DNA of 64,000 nucleotides from Azolla caroliniana (Eukaryota > Plantae > Polypodiophyta), in NCBI GenBank assembly GCA_043228905.1, contig JBHGNT010000015.1:6634001-6698000 (forward strand), in the 5' to 3' direction. A program made the position numbers and the translations under genes. This document shows, piece after piece, positions 50,901 through 62,629 of this stretch; the stretch's first letter is position 1; each line of letters starts with the position of its first letter. The notes beneath the pieces are model-generated. The model was not told the DNA's origin and did not search any database. It saw nothing but the letters and a program-made list of their open reading frames with translations.

Positions 50901-51460
50901 AGAATGAGGTTATCTTCGGCAAGTCTTCTCATCCCCTTCTCGCTCATGTGGCTCAGTCTCTTGTGCCACAACTCACCGGCAGTGTCAGATGCTACGTTCA
51001 CTTCTTCACGGAATATCCAGGCCTGCATCAGGTACAATGTGTTGATCTTCTGGGCTCGAGCCACAATCAAGCTTCCCTTGCTGAACTTTCCGACTCCGTT
51101 CTGGATGCTACCTGTGTAGCCTTCATCATCTAGCCGACCGGCTGATATCAGGTTCAATCGAACCTCCGGAACGTGTTAGACATTTTTCAACAATAACTTG
51201 CATCCGGTTGATGTCGTCAACAACACATCTTCTATGCCGATGATTCGGTAGATCCCATCATTCCCCATCCGGACACAACTGTGATCTTCGACTGTGTAGG
51301 ATGAGAAGAATCTCCGGTTTGGTGTCAGGTGGACGACGCTCTAGAATCGACAAACCACATTGTCTCGTCGCCGACAAGGTTTAACTCATTCTGCTCGGTG
51401 ATGAGCAAAAATTCTTCTTCACTAGTCGCGATCTCTGACGTTCCTTTACCGTCAAACTCC
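47654..51460 (-). mobile_element. Element C: 5'-truncated decayed Ty1/copia with 3' LTR 48240-47654, related to element A
   Basis: PPT AGGGGGAGTT (minus strand) at 48241-48250, LTR TGTTG...AACA, RNase H (HSRTKHIQ), RT (LYVDD), integrase (LWHKRLSH, RADNKGEY). Gag and the 5' LTR are absent. Confidence 0.9.
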
Positions 51461-52010
51461 CATCGCTCCCATCGCTCCCCTCACTCACCTTCCTCTCCAT
51501 CCTACCACCGAGCACAAGTTCGCCATAGCCAGCATACCTCACCCACTATCCATGAGTCTCACCCTCCTACGATGCCCATCCCTATTTCTGTGGCCTTGCA
51601 TAGATGGCTCGTTGAGAAGCGTCTGGATGGATACATCAAAGTCGCTGAGGCACCCGCTCATCCTGAAGCCCTGGACATTGTTAGGAAACAGGTCCCTCCG
51701 GATGGAAGTGAGAAGAACAGTACTGATGAGCAAACTCGGCCGAGAACGAAACCGGATGTGGAGTACCCGGCAATAGAAGACCCGGTGAGAACCGGATGAC
51801 GAGTACCCGGCAAGAGCCGGATGGCGAAGACCTGGTGAGAAGTGCTCACCGAATGAAGGGACATATTCGTAAATATGTTTTCTGAGAGTCCGTCGGGGCT
51901 ATATTTGTAAATAGCCGAAAAGTCGTATTAGTATAAATATGACTTAGGGCAAACTTAGTTGTGATGTTGTCATTCTTGTTGGCGCAAGATTAGAGCGCGT
52001 AACAGTGTAC

Positions 52011-52041
<31 letters not shown>

Positions 52042-54122
52042 AGAAGAAGAGGTCGTTGCCTCTGTTGTAACCGCGCATGTGGTGAAGATAGCAAGCTCGA
52101 GGTCGTTGCCTCGGTGCTCTACTATTGTACATTCTGATATAGTGATAGTTTGCGGTCTGTGGGCTGCCGTGGTTTTTCCCTAGTTTGGGTTTTCCACGTT
52201 AACATCCTGTGTACTCTTCTCTTCACTGTGTCGTGCGTTCATTATCCGTTTTCTGTTTTTTATCCTAGGCTCGGTTGTGGCCGAGCGTTGTTTATCGGGA
52301 GCGTGTGTTTTGTCAAAGTGGTATCAGAGCGAAACGACACAGAAAATGGATGAATCATTGGGAGGCATGTTCAAGCTCACCGGCTCCAACTATTCCGCGT
52401 TGAAGTCAAAGATGAGGGACATGCTTGTGGTTAAAGATCTTTGGCTGCCGGTTCAGTTCGGGGACAAGAGACCGGACAAAATCGATGCCACGATATGGGA
52501 GGTGATGCACATGAAGACAACGGCGTACATACGGTGCTTCATCGACATGAGTCTATACAACAACTTCAATGAAGAGAGCAAGGCTCATGAGCTCTGGGAG
52601 AAGATCGACATTATGTTTCAGAACAAAAATGTTGTCAATCAGGTTTCGGTATTTCGGAAGCTAGTAAGACTCCGGTACCAAGATGGCTCCAACATGGCGG
52701 AGCACATGAATGCCTTCCAGGGGCTGATCCACCAGGCAACATCATTGGAAGTACCTCTCGCCGATGAGGTACTAGCACTACTCCTGCTTGGTTCCCTCCC
52801 AGATAGTTGGGAGACGTTGGTTGTGACTTTGGGCAACACCGGGCCAGAAGGGAAACGGTTATCCCTAGCAAGAGTGAAGTCGAGCTTGCTAGATGAGGAG
52901 GCGCGTCAGAAAGATAAGGATACGAGCTCCGACTCCAAAGCGCGCCTTACCGAATCTGAACGCAGAAGACAAAGGAACCGTAGCCCCCAGAACCAGGAAA
53001 AGTCGGGGACACGGTCAAAGTCAAGGGGGAGGCCTACTTGCTTCTATTGCGGCAAGCCGGGACACTTCCAGAAGAATTGTTGGCACTTCCGAAAAGACAA
53101 GGAAACCGACGGTACTGATTCGAAGCGGACACCGGACTGAAACGGTAAAGACCGGAGGGGGCCGGAGCGGAAGGGAACGACGGCAATCACGACAAGTGAA
53201 GAAGAGTTGATGCTCATCACCGAGGAGAGTGAGCTAAACCTTGCCGGCGATGAGATGACCTGGGTGGTCGACTCCGGAGCGTCGTTCCACCTTACCCCGG
53301 ACCGGAAATACTTCTCATTCTACTCAGCCGGTGATCATGGCTGTGTCCGGATGGGGAATGAAGGTACATGCCGAATTGTCGGCATAGGTGACGTGTGGTT
53401 GACAACGCCAACCGGATGCAAGCTGCTGCTGAAGGATGTCCGACACGTTCCGGAGGTTTGTCTGAACCTGGTATCAGCCGGTCGGCTAGATGATGAAGGC
53501 TACACGGGTAGCATCCGGAACGGTGTTATGAAGTTCAGCAACGGGAGCCTGATTGTGGCTCGGGCCTGGAAGGTCAACACCCTGTACCTGATGAATGCCC
53601 GGTTATGTCTGGAGGAAGTGTACGTGGCATCCGACACTGCCGGTGAGCTATGGCACAAGAGGCTGTGTCACATGAGCGAGTAGGGGATGAAGAGGCTTGC
53701 AGACGACAACCTCATTCCAGTGAAGAATGTGCACTTGGAGAAGTGCACTGATTGTCTGGGCGGTAAACAAAACCGGACCTCCTTCCGATCGAGGCCACCG
53801 ATGAGACGTAATGCACCATTGGAGTTGGTGCATACTGATGTATGTCAAGTGGACACAAAGTCACATGCCGGATTGCAGTACTTTGTGACGTTCATAGATG
53901 ACCACAGTTGGAAGCTATGGACCACACCGTTGAAGACGAAGGATCAGGTGCTATCCGTCTTCATAGAGCTCCACGCGAGAGTGGAAAGAGAAACCGGCCG
54001 GAAGTTGAAGGCGGTTCGAGCAAATAACGGAGGTGAATAACGGGGGCAGTTCGAGGAGTATTGTCGCTCGAAGGTAATCCGGCTCGAATTTACCGTGCCG
54101 AAGACACCGGAACTAAACGGGC

Positions 54123-54210
54123 TGTTGAAGACAAAGGCCGTCAATGCGGAAGATCAAATAGCATTCGATTCGTGTAGAGAGTACCTGCGTATGACAGTTT
54201 CCAAGATCGT

Positions 54211-54272
<62 letters not shown>

Positions 54273-57200
54273 GGCACAAAAGACTCTTTCTATTCAATAG
54301 AAACAATAATACAACCAACCTTACAAAAAGGTTACAAGGTCACTATATATAGTGACCGACTTAGGGCAACTACCATTTATGCTAATTACACAAATGGCCC
54401 AAACTTGATCTATACAAAGGGATAGTGTGAATACGTCCATTATACACTTGTATTCGACACTCCCCCGTAATGGGCGTATACATGGGTTATCTAAGATTAC
54501 AGGTATAAACCTAGGTTCTCGGACATATCAGTTTTGTTCGAGTCGGCAGGGTCCGAAGGCAGAAGACCGGACTGGTCGGGTCGGAAGAGTTGAAGCCGAT
54601 CATTAGGGAACTGATGTCGGTTGTCTGAAACCATCCTGCGCTGTGTCCGGCTCTAACCGGACTGGTTTGTCGTTACGCCCATCTGATGCCGAAGGGACCG
54701 AAAGCGGTCTGCCGAAAGACACTTGGTCATTCCATCTGCGACATTGTCGGTTGTGGATATTTTCTCTAGACCGATTTTCCGTGAAATGACGCAGTCCCGA
54801 ACGAAGTGATATCGAACGTCGATATGTTTGGAGGCGTTGTGGTGAACCGGATTTCTCGACAAGGCAACAACACCTTGACTGTCGCTATAGACAACTGGAG
54901 CCGAGTCATGGTCGACTTGCCGAAACGTGTGCGCCAGCCGGCCGAGCCACAAAGCTTCTTTTGCAGCGTCGGACGCAACTACATATTCTGCTTCGGTCGT
55001 TGAGGTCGCTGTGCACTCCTGAAGTTTCGACTTCCACGAAATTGCTCCATTGCCGAATTTGAAGCAGTATCCAGTTGTTGATTTCCGACTGTCTATACAG
55101 CTGGCGAAGTCCGAGTCGGTGTAACCGACTACGCCTGAGGTTGAGTTCGGACCGAAAAGAATGCCGTGGTCTTTTGTGCCAGCCAGATATTTGAACACAT
55201 GCTTGACTGCGTTCCAATGCGATCGGCCAGGATTGTGCATAAATCTGCTAACGACTCCTACGGCATGAGAGATATCAGGCCGTGTCGCGACCATCAGGTA
55301 CATAAGGGAGCCGACTGCCGGTGCATACGGTACCGACTTCATATCTTCCCCCTCCGGACCGGATGTCGGGCAGTCTCGCTGAGAGAGCCGAAGATTCATG
55401 GGGAGCGGGGTTGAAGCAGATTTGGCTGATTGCATGTTGAAGCGTTCCAAGACACGTCCGATATAGTCGGTCTGAGACAAAAAAAGATGTCGTTTATCGC
55501 GATGCCGACTAATCTTCATGCCAAGTATGTGTCGTGCCGGACCGAGGTCCTTCATGGCAAACTTCAACCGCAGTTGCCGAATGAGATCGGCAAGTTCGCC
55601 CGCGTGGCGTCCAGAAATTAGCATGTCGTCCACGTAAATGATGAGGAAGATGGGTGATCCATCTTGAGCTGTGTTGGTAAAAAGACAATGGTCCTCATCG
55701 CTTTTTGAGAAGCCGATCGATTGGATGAACTCGTCGAACTTCTTGTACCATTGTCGCGGTGCCTGTTTGAGGCCGTATAGACTCTTCCTGAGTCGGCAGA
55801 CTAGATGTTCTTGGCCAGTTGCCACGAAGCCTTTTGGCTGCTCCATATAAATTTCCTCTTCAAGATCACCATGGAGGAAGGCTGTTTTGACATCTAGCTG
55901 AATCAGCTCCAAGTTGTCGGCTGCCACTACGCCGAGTAGAAAACGAAGGGTTGTCATTTTCACCACTGGTGAAAAAATCTCGTCGAAGTCGACGCCATAT
56001 TCTTGTCGGAAGCCCTTCGCAACTAATCTGGCCTTGTACTTTGGGGTGGTCGAATCAGACGTCTCTTTTAGTCGATAAACCCACTTGCAAGGAAGAGCAC
56101 GTCGATTCTTAGGTAATTCGACCAGATCCCAAGTCTTGTTTGCCCGAATGGAGTGCATTTCCGACTCCATCGCCAGATGCCAGGTGGCTGAATCGACAGA
56201 TGTCGATGCTTCTTCGTAAGACGTCGGTTCGCCAGCGTCGGTGAAGAAAATTCGAGGAGAATACCTCTCCGGAGGTTGCGACAGTCTCTCGGATCGTCGA
56301 GGTATGATTGGACTGGTCGCATCGGGTATCGAGGTCGGATGGTCCGAAAGCGAATTATTCTGCTGTGCCGAGTCAGAGTTGTCCGAGTCGGTGGTGTAAG
56401 GTTCAGCTACCCGTGAAGCTGACCGTGTGTTAAGAGCGGGGCCTTCTTGAAGGGTCGGCACATCGGAAAATGTTACCCTTCGGACTTCGATCGGTTTTTC
56501 GACTGATGGATTCATAGCCGACTCTTTGAACACAACGTCCGAACTTCGAACGATTTGTCTGCGTTCGGGGTCCCAGAGTCGGTATCCCATTTCGCCGTCT
56601 GATCCATATCCAAGGAAAATGCATTTCCTGGACCGAGGTGCAAGTTTTCGGCGATCATCTTTCGGAATAAGGGCGTATGCCTCGCATCCGAAGATCCTCA
56701 GCTTGTCGTAATTCGGCTTACTGCCGATCCATAGTTCCTGAGGAATTTGAAGTCCTAGAGGTCTGCTTGGCGACATATTGATTATGTGTACTGCCGTGAG
56801 TAGAGCCTCTGCCCAAAAGCCATCCGACAGTCCGGAGTGTTGGAGCATGGAAACTATCCGTTCTTGGATTGTCCGATTCATGCGTTCTGCAATCCCGTTT
56901 TGCTCCGGACTGTGTGGTGCCGTAAATTCACGTCGGATGCCGCGTTGTCGGCAGAATTTGACGAATTCTTCTGATTTGAACTCTCCCCCATTGTCGGTCC
57001 GAAAGCATTTCAGTTTTCGGTCAGTTTGATTTTCTACCATAGCGAGCCAATCGGAGAAGATCGAGAAGACACGATCTTTGGTGCGAATTGGATAAGCCCA
57101 CACCTTTCGAGTCGAATCGTCAATAAAACTGACGAAGTAAGAGGCACCGCCGAGAGACTGATGCGGCATTGGGCCACAGACGTCCGAGTGGACTAAATCG

Positions 57201-59469
57201 AGAGGTCTCGTTTCTCTTGGTGCTGATGTCGGGTGTGATGCGGCTGCTTGTTTGCCATACTGGCAATGTTCGCAGAATTGATGGTCCGAGAAGGAGAATT
57301 TAGGGATGTATCCGGCTCTAGATAGGTGCGTAATGCCGGCCTTGCTGAGGTGTCCTAATCTTCTGTGCCATAGTGATGACACAGGAATATCCACCAAAAA
57401 CAGGTTACCCTCTCTGAGCGTAACATGTAACGGATACAGTGAGTGTATCTTGGGTCCTCTAGCAAGCAGGAGGTTCCCCCTGTGGAGTGTCCACCCTCCC
57501 GAAGAAAAACCGGCACGAATGCCGTCTTCATCTAGTTGTCCGACTGAGATCAATGGCCTTGAGAGCTCGGGTACATGTCGGACATAGTGAAGTACAAGTG
57601 TAGAGCCACCTGCAAGGTTGAGCTCTACTGTGCCGATTCCAATGATGTCACAGTGTTGCGAGTTGCCGACTCGAACTGAGTCGGAGTGACGGATCGTATA
57701 TTGCCGAAATTGGGATCGATGAGGAGTCACGTGAAATGACGCGCCCGAATCTAAGAGCCATGTGCTCGATTCTTCAGTCGTGAGCAGAACTTCTGATCCG
57801 ACTGGATTTTCGATTGATAGTATATTCGGGTCGTTTGGTAGCACATCAGTTGAGAAGCTGACGTAATTGATCTCCTCATGCCGGCCACTCTTCTTGTCTG
57901 ATTTCTGAGACTTGTCGTTCTTGTTCTTGAGTGCGCGGCAGTTGGCTTTGATGTGTCCGGGTTTCTTGCAATAGTTGCAGATTCGATTATCCCGTGACTG
58001 GCTCCGTCTTCGCTGATTGTTCGGCTGCCGTGAGGAATCTCTTCCTCGTATGTTCGATCGGTCTGTCGAACCTTGTACTACATAAGCGTCTTCTGTTGAG
58101 TCTTTGGCGAAAGACTTTCTCCGAGCTGCTCCGGTCAGGATTGCGCTCGTGACTTCGGAGTATTTAACAGCCGTGGTTGACGCGTTGCACACGGTTGTGA
58201 CGAAAGTTTCCCATGATGAGGGAAGGCTGCTCATGAGTATCATTGCTCTGAGTTCATCCTCGATTGCCGTCCCCTGAGATGAGATTTGGGAGCTTATGCT
58301 TTCGTACTCATTGAGATGTGCTTGAACCGAATCTGATTCTTTCATCCGCAAGTTGTAGAGGCGCCGGATCAGAAACATCTTTGTTGCAGCGACCTTCTTT
58401 TCGTAAGTGTCCGACAGTGTTTTCCACAGTTCGAATGCTGTCGTACACGATTGCACCGTAAAGTATACCGATTCCGATAGGTGCATCCGAATCGTGGCGC
58501 GGACGATTCTGTCCAGCTTCTGCCACTCAATTGGTTTGTATCCTTCTGGAGGTTCTTCATTTTCGATGGGATCGATTTGCCCCTTGACTATGAGATAGTC
58601 CTGCATTTGCTCCTTCCAGAAGTTGAAGTTCGATCCATCGAACTTTCGTAGACTCATTTCTGACGAGCCGGATGTTGATGCCATCAAATTTGGTTTCGGT
58701 TGACGAAGCTCGGTTCAGAGTTGACTACGAACCTTGTTGGAGTGCAGCCGGTTGGCTCACCCGATATCGTTCTAGTCGGATTTGAACCCGAGTCGGTTCG
58801 GCTTCGGATATATGTATTGTTGAACTTGCTCGAATTGACTCCGGTAACTTGAGGGACAGAACCGACTGGTCTTCCCGAATGTTGCCGAGTCGGAGTGAGC
58901 CCGGTTCGCTTCCGAATATATATGCCAAATACCGATTATTGAAACCGATTGTCTGGACCGATTCTGCTTCGGGTGACTGCAGCGACGAGAGAGACGGATC
59001 CAACTGATCCTCCCGAATGTCGATCAGCCGGATGAAGCACGAATTTGGGTTGTTGTCTTGAGACCGATCTGCACCGAGTGGTTACAATGAGCGGCGAGCA
59101 GCGTTTGATGACCTCTTCGGATGCCGTTTAACCGAGTGGAGCATGATCGTGTCAATGTTGCACAAGGGGATTTCACCTCGAGCGGTTACGATCACAAGGA
59201 ACAGAGTACAACCGGCTGGCTTACTCCAAGCGAAGATGATCTAACGCGATGAGATGCAAGCCTCGTTTTTCTTCTTCTTCTCTCTTCTTCGAATGACGCA
59301 AGAAACCGAATGCTGTGCAGGCTGAGACGACGGCCGACAGCGGGTTGAAGGACCGAATACTGTGCAGGCTCTGATACCAGATGTTGAAGACAAAGGCCGT
59401 CAATGCGGAAGATCAAATAGCATTCGATTCGTGTAGAGAGTACCTGCGTATGACAGTTTCCAAGATCGT

Positions 59470-59565
<96 letters not shown>

Positions 59566-59752
59566 GGCACAAAAGACTCTTTCTATTCAATAGAAACAAT
59601 AATACAACCAACCTTACAAAAAGGTTACAAGGTCACTATATATAGTGACTGACTTAGGGCAACTACCATTTATGCTAATTACACAAATGGCCCAAACTTG
59701 ATCTATACAAAGGGATAGTGTGAATACGTCCATTATACACTTGTATTCGACA
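54123..59752 (-). mobile_element. Element B: intact, very recent Ty1/copia nested in the integrase of element A. LTRs 59752-59382 (5') and 54459-54123 (3')
   Basis: Perfect TSD CGGGC, PBS at 59379-59368, PPT at 54466-54460. The LTRs differ by one substitution plus microsatellite length. Confidence 0.97.
54653..58687 (-). CDS. Copia Gag-Pol polyprotein, 1344 aa, uninterrupted
   Basis: CNYCKKPGHIKANC, LLDSGASFH, WHRRLGH...CEHC, SDVCGP, RTDNGGEF, NGIAERMN, IYVDD, TDSD, TEAEY, KHIDVRYH. Confidence 0.97.
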   Translation of the reverse strand: MMASTSGSSEMSLRKFDGSNFNFWKEQMQDYLIVKGQIDPIENEEPPEGYKPIEWQKLDRIVRATIRMHLSESVYFTVQSCTTAFELWKTLSDTYEKKVAATKMFLIRRLYNLRMKESDSVQAHLNEYESISSQISSQGTAIEDELRAMILMSSLPSSWETFVTTVCNASTTAVKYSEVTSAILTGAARRKSFAKDSTEDAYVVQGSTDRSNIRGRDSSRQPNNQRRRSQSRDNRICNYCKKPGHIKANCRALKNKNDKSQKSDKKSGRHEEINYVSFSTDVLPNDPNILSIENPVGSEVLLTTEESSTWLLDSGASFHVTPHRSQFRQYTIRHSDSVRVGNSQHCDIIGIGTVELNLAGGSTLVLHYVRHVPELSRPLISVGQLDEDGIRAGFSSGGWTLHRGNLLLARGPKIHSLYPLHVTLREGNLFLVDIPVSSLWHRRLGHLSKAGITHLSRAGYIPKFSFSDHQFCEHCQYGKQAAASHPTSAPRETRPLDLVHSDVCGPMPHQSLGGASYFVSFIDDSTRKVWAYPIRTKDRVFSIFSDWLAMVENQTDRKLKCFRTDNGGEFKSEEFVKFCRQRGIRREFTAPHSPEQNGIAERMNRTIQERIVSMLQHSGLSDGFWAEALLTAVHIINMSPSRPLGLQIPQELWIGSKPNYDKLRIFGCEAYALIPKDDRRKLAPRSRKCIFLGYGSDGEMGYRLWDPERRQIVRSSDVVFKESAMNPSVEKPIEVRRVTFSDVPTLQEGPALNTRSASRVAEPYTTDSDNSDSAQQNNSLSDHPTSIPDATSPIIPRRSERLSQPPERYSPRIFFTDAGEPTSYEEASTSVDSATWHLAMESEMHSIRANKTWDLVELPKNRRALPCKWVYRLKETSDSTTPKYKARLVAKGFRQEYGVDFDEIFSPVVKMTTLRFLLGVVAADNLELIQLDVKTAFLHGDLEEEIYMEQPKGFVATGQEHLVCRLRKSLYGLKQAPRQWYKKFDEFIQSIGFSKSDEDHCLFTNTAQDGSPIFLIIYVDDMLISGRHAGELADLIRQLRLKFAMKDLGPARHILGMKISRHRDKRHLFLSQTDYIGRVLERFNMQSAKSASTPLPMNLRLSQRDCPTSGPEGEDMKSVPYAPAVGSLMYLMVATRPDISHAVGVVSRFMHNPGRSHWNAVKHVFKYLAGTKDHGILFGPNSTSGVVGYTDSDFASCIDSRKSTTGYCFKFGNGAISWKSKLQECTATSTTEAEYVVASDAAKEALWLGRLAHTFRQVDHDSAPVVYSDSQGVVALSRNPVHHNASKHIDVRYHFVRDCVISRKIGLEKISTTDNVADGMTKCLSADRFRSLRHQMGVTTNQSG

Positions 59753-62123
59753 CGGGCTAGCCGAGAGGATGAACCAGACCATAATGGAGAGGGTCCGGAG
59801 TATGTTGGCGCATGCAAAACTACCCAAGAAGTTTTGGGTTGAGGCACTGTCGACGGAGACATATGTGATAAACAGATCACCCTCAGTACCCTTGGACAGA
59901 GACTCGCCACAAAGAGTCTGGACTGGTAAGGAAGTGTCCTACCGGCATTTGAAGGTATTCGGGTGTCTTGCGTATGTGCATGTAGCTAACGATTGGAGAG
60001 GAAAACTAGATCCGAAGACCCGGCCATGCATATTCCTCGGTTACGGCGACAATGAGTTCGGCTACCGAGTGTGGGACCTGGTCGACAAGAAGGTATTCCG
60101 GAGTCGAGATATTATCTTCATGGAGGACAAGACGCTCGCCGACTTGGAGTCGGAGAAGAAGATAATGAACCCTGAGTCGACCGGTAAGGATCGATTCTAC
60201 GATGAGCAGACCCAACCGGCAAGAGACTGGTTAGCACTCGAGGAACCAGCCGGTTACGGTGAGGATACCGAACCGATAGAAGAAGAAGTAGAAGAACCTG
60301 AAACTGGAACCGGCCAAGACCCCGAATCAGATTCGGATGAAGAGCAAAGAGCAAATGGAGGAGCCGGTTACCGAAGCCCAAAGACGGAGATATCCTCTCA
60401 GAGAGAGAAGGGCCCCGCAGAGATTTCTGGATGCAGAGCATGTGCTGCTAACTGATGAGGGGGAGCCAGAAAGCTTCGAAGAAGCGAAGGATGACACCCA
60501 CAACCACAAATGGTTAAGTACCATGCAGGATGAGATGGATTCCCTGCATGAGAACCATACGTACGAATTGGTGGAGTTGCCGAAAGGAAAGTGGGCACTC
60601 CGAAACAAGTGGGTGTACAAGTTGAAACCAGGAGATGCCGGCAACCCCCCGAGATACAAAGCCAGCATCGTAGTGAAGGGATTCCAGCAGAAGAAGGGCA
60701 TGGACTTCGATGAGATATTTGCCCCGGTAGTAAAGATGACCTCCATCCGGACAGTGCTGAGTATAGCGGCAAGCATGGACCTCGAGGTAGAGCAGCTGGA
60801 CGTGAAGACGACATTCCTTCACGATTACCTCGAAGAGGAGATCTACATGCAGCAAACGGAAGGATTCGTGGAGAAAGGGAAGGAGTACCTGGTTTGCCGG
60901 TTGAAGAAGAGCTTGTACGGATTGAAGCAGGCTCCCCGACAATGGTACCGGAAGTTTGACTCCTTCATGACCGATCAAGGGTACCACAAGACGCAGGCCG
61001 ATCACTACGTGTTTGTGAAGAAGTTCGAAGGAGGCGACTTCCTGATACTCCTTCTGTACGTGGACGACATGTTGATAGTCGGACGGAACCAAGCCAGAAT
61101 ATGGATGGTGAAGAAGGCTCTCAACTGAACTTTCGCGATGAAAGACTTGGGTCCGGCAAGACAGATGTTGGGGATGCATATCAACCGGAACCGGCCAACG
61201 AAGCAATTGTGGCTGTCACAGGAGAAATACGTGACAAAGGTGCTTCATTGGTTCAACATGTTAGAAGCGAAACCGGTTGGATCTACACTCCCGGCAAACT
61301 GCAGATTATCCAATAAGCAAAGCCCGAAGACCAAAGCTGAGAAGGCTGATATGATGAAGGTTCCATATGCCTCAACCGTTGGGAGCTTAATGTACGCAAT
61401 GGTGTGTACCCGACCAGATATAGGATACCCAGTTGGAGTGGTGAGCCGGTTTATGAGCAATCCCGGCAAGGAGCACTGGAACGTAGTCAAATGGATACTC
61501 CGGTACCTGAAGGGCACTTCAAATGTGTCTTTGATTCGGCTCCGGAAAACCTCAACTTGACGGTTTTACCGATTCGGACATGTCGGCTGATGTGGATACC
61601 AGCCGGTCTACATCCGGTCTACATCTGGGTATGTAATGACATATGCAGGGGGAGCTGTTTCGTGGCAGTCGAGGCTGCAGAAGACGGTTGCGTTGTCAAC
61701 CACGGAGGCTGAGTACATGGCGGCTATGGAAGCCAGCAAGGAAATATTATGGATGAAGGACTTCATTGGAGAGCTCGGTATTCGGCAAGATGAATACCGA
61801 CTCTATTGCGACAGTCAAAGTGCCATCCACCTTGCTAAGAATGCGGCCTACCATTCCCGGACGAAGCATATCCAACGAAGGTATCACTGGATCTGGGAAA
61901 GAGTAGATGACCAGGAGTTCACGCTGATGAAGATTCACACGGCCGAGAACGGGTCAGATATGCTAACCACAGTACTGATACCCAACAAGCTGGATGCATG
62001 CTGGAAGCGGATCGGACTAGTAAGACATCCCATGCCGGAGTGAAGGGGGAGTTTGTTAGGAAACAGTTCCCTCCGGATGGAAGTGAGAAAAACAATACTG
62101 ATGAGCAAACTTGATCGAGGCCG

Positions 62124-62413
62124 AAACCGGATGTGGAGTACCCGGCAACGGAAGACCCGGTGAGAACTGGATGTGGAGTACTCGGCAACGGAAGACCCGG
62201 CGAGAACCGGATGTGGAGTACCCGGCAACGGAAGACCTGGTGAGAACCGGATGTGGAGTACTCAGCAACGGAAGACCCTGGTGAGAACCGGATGTGGAGT
62301 ACCCGGCAACGGAAGACCCGATGAGAACCGGATGTGGAGTACCTGGCAATGGAAGACCCAGTGAGAACCGGATGACGAGTACCCGGCAAGAGACGGATGG
62401 CGAAGACCCGGTG
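62124..62413 (+). repeat. Seven 40-bp tandem units in the U3 region of the element A 3' LTR
   Basis: Unit AGAACCGGATGTGGAGTACCCGGCAACGGAAGACCCGGTG; the seventh unit is a longer variant. Confidence 0.95.
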
Positions 62414-62586
62414 AGAAGTGTTCACCGGATGAAGGGACATATTTGTAAATATGTTTTCTGAGAGTCCGTCGGGGCTATATTTGTAAATAGCCGAAAAGTC
62501 GTATTAGTATAAATATGACTTAGGGCAAACTTAGTTGTGATGTTGTTGTCATTCTTGTTGGCGCAAGATTAGAGTGCGTAACAATG

Positions 62587-62629
<43 letters not shown>

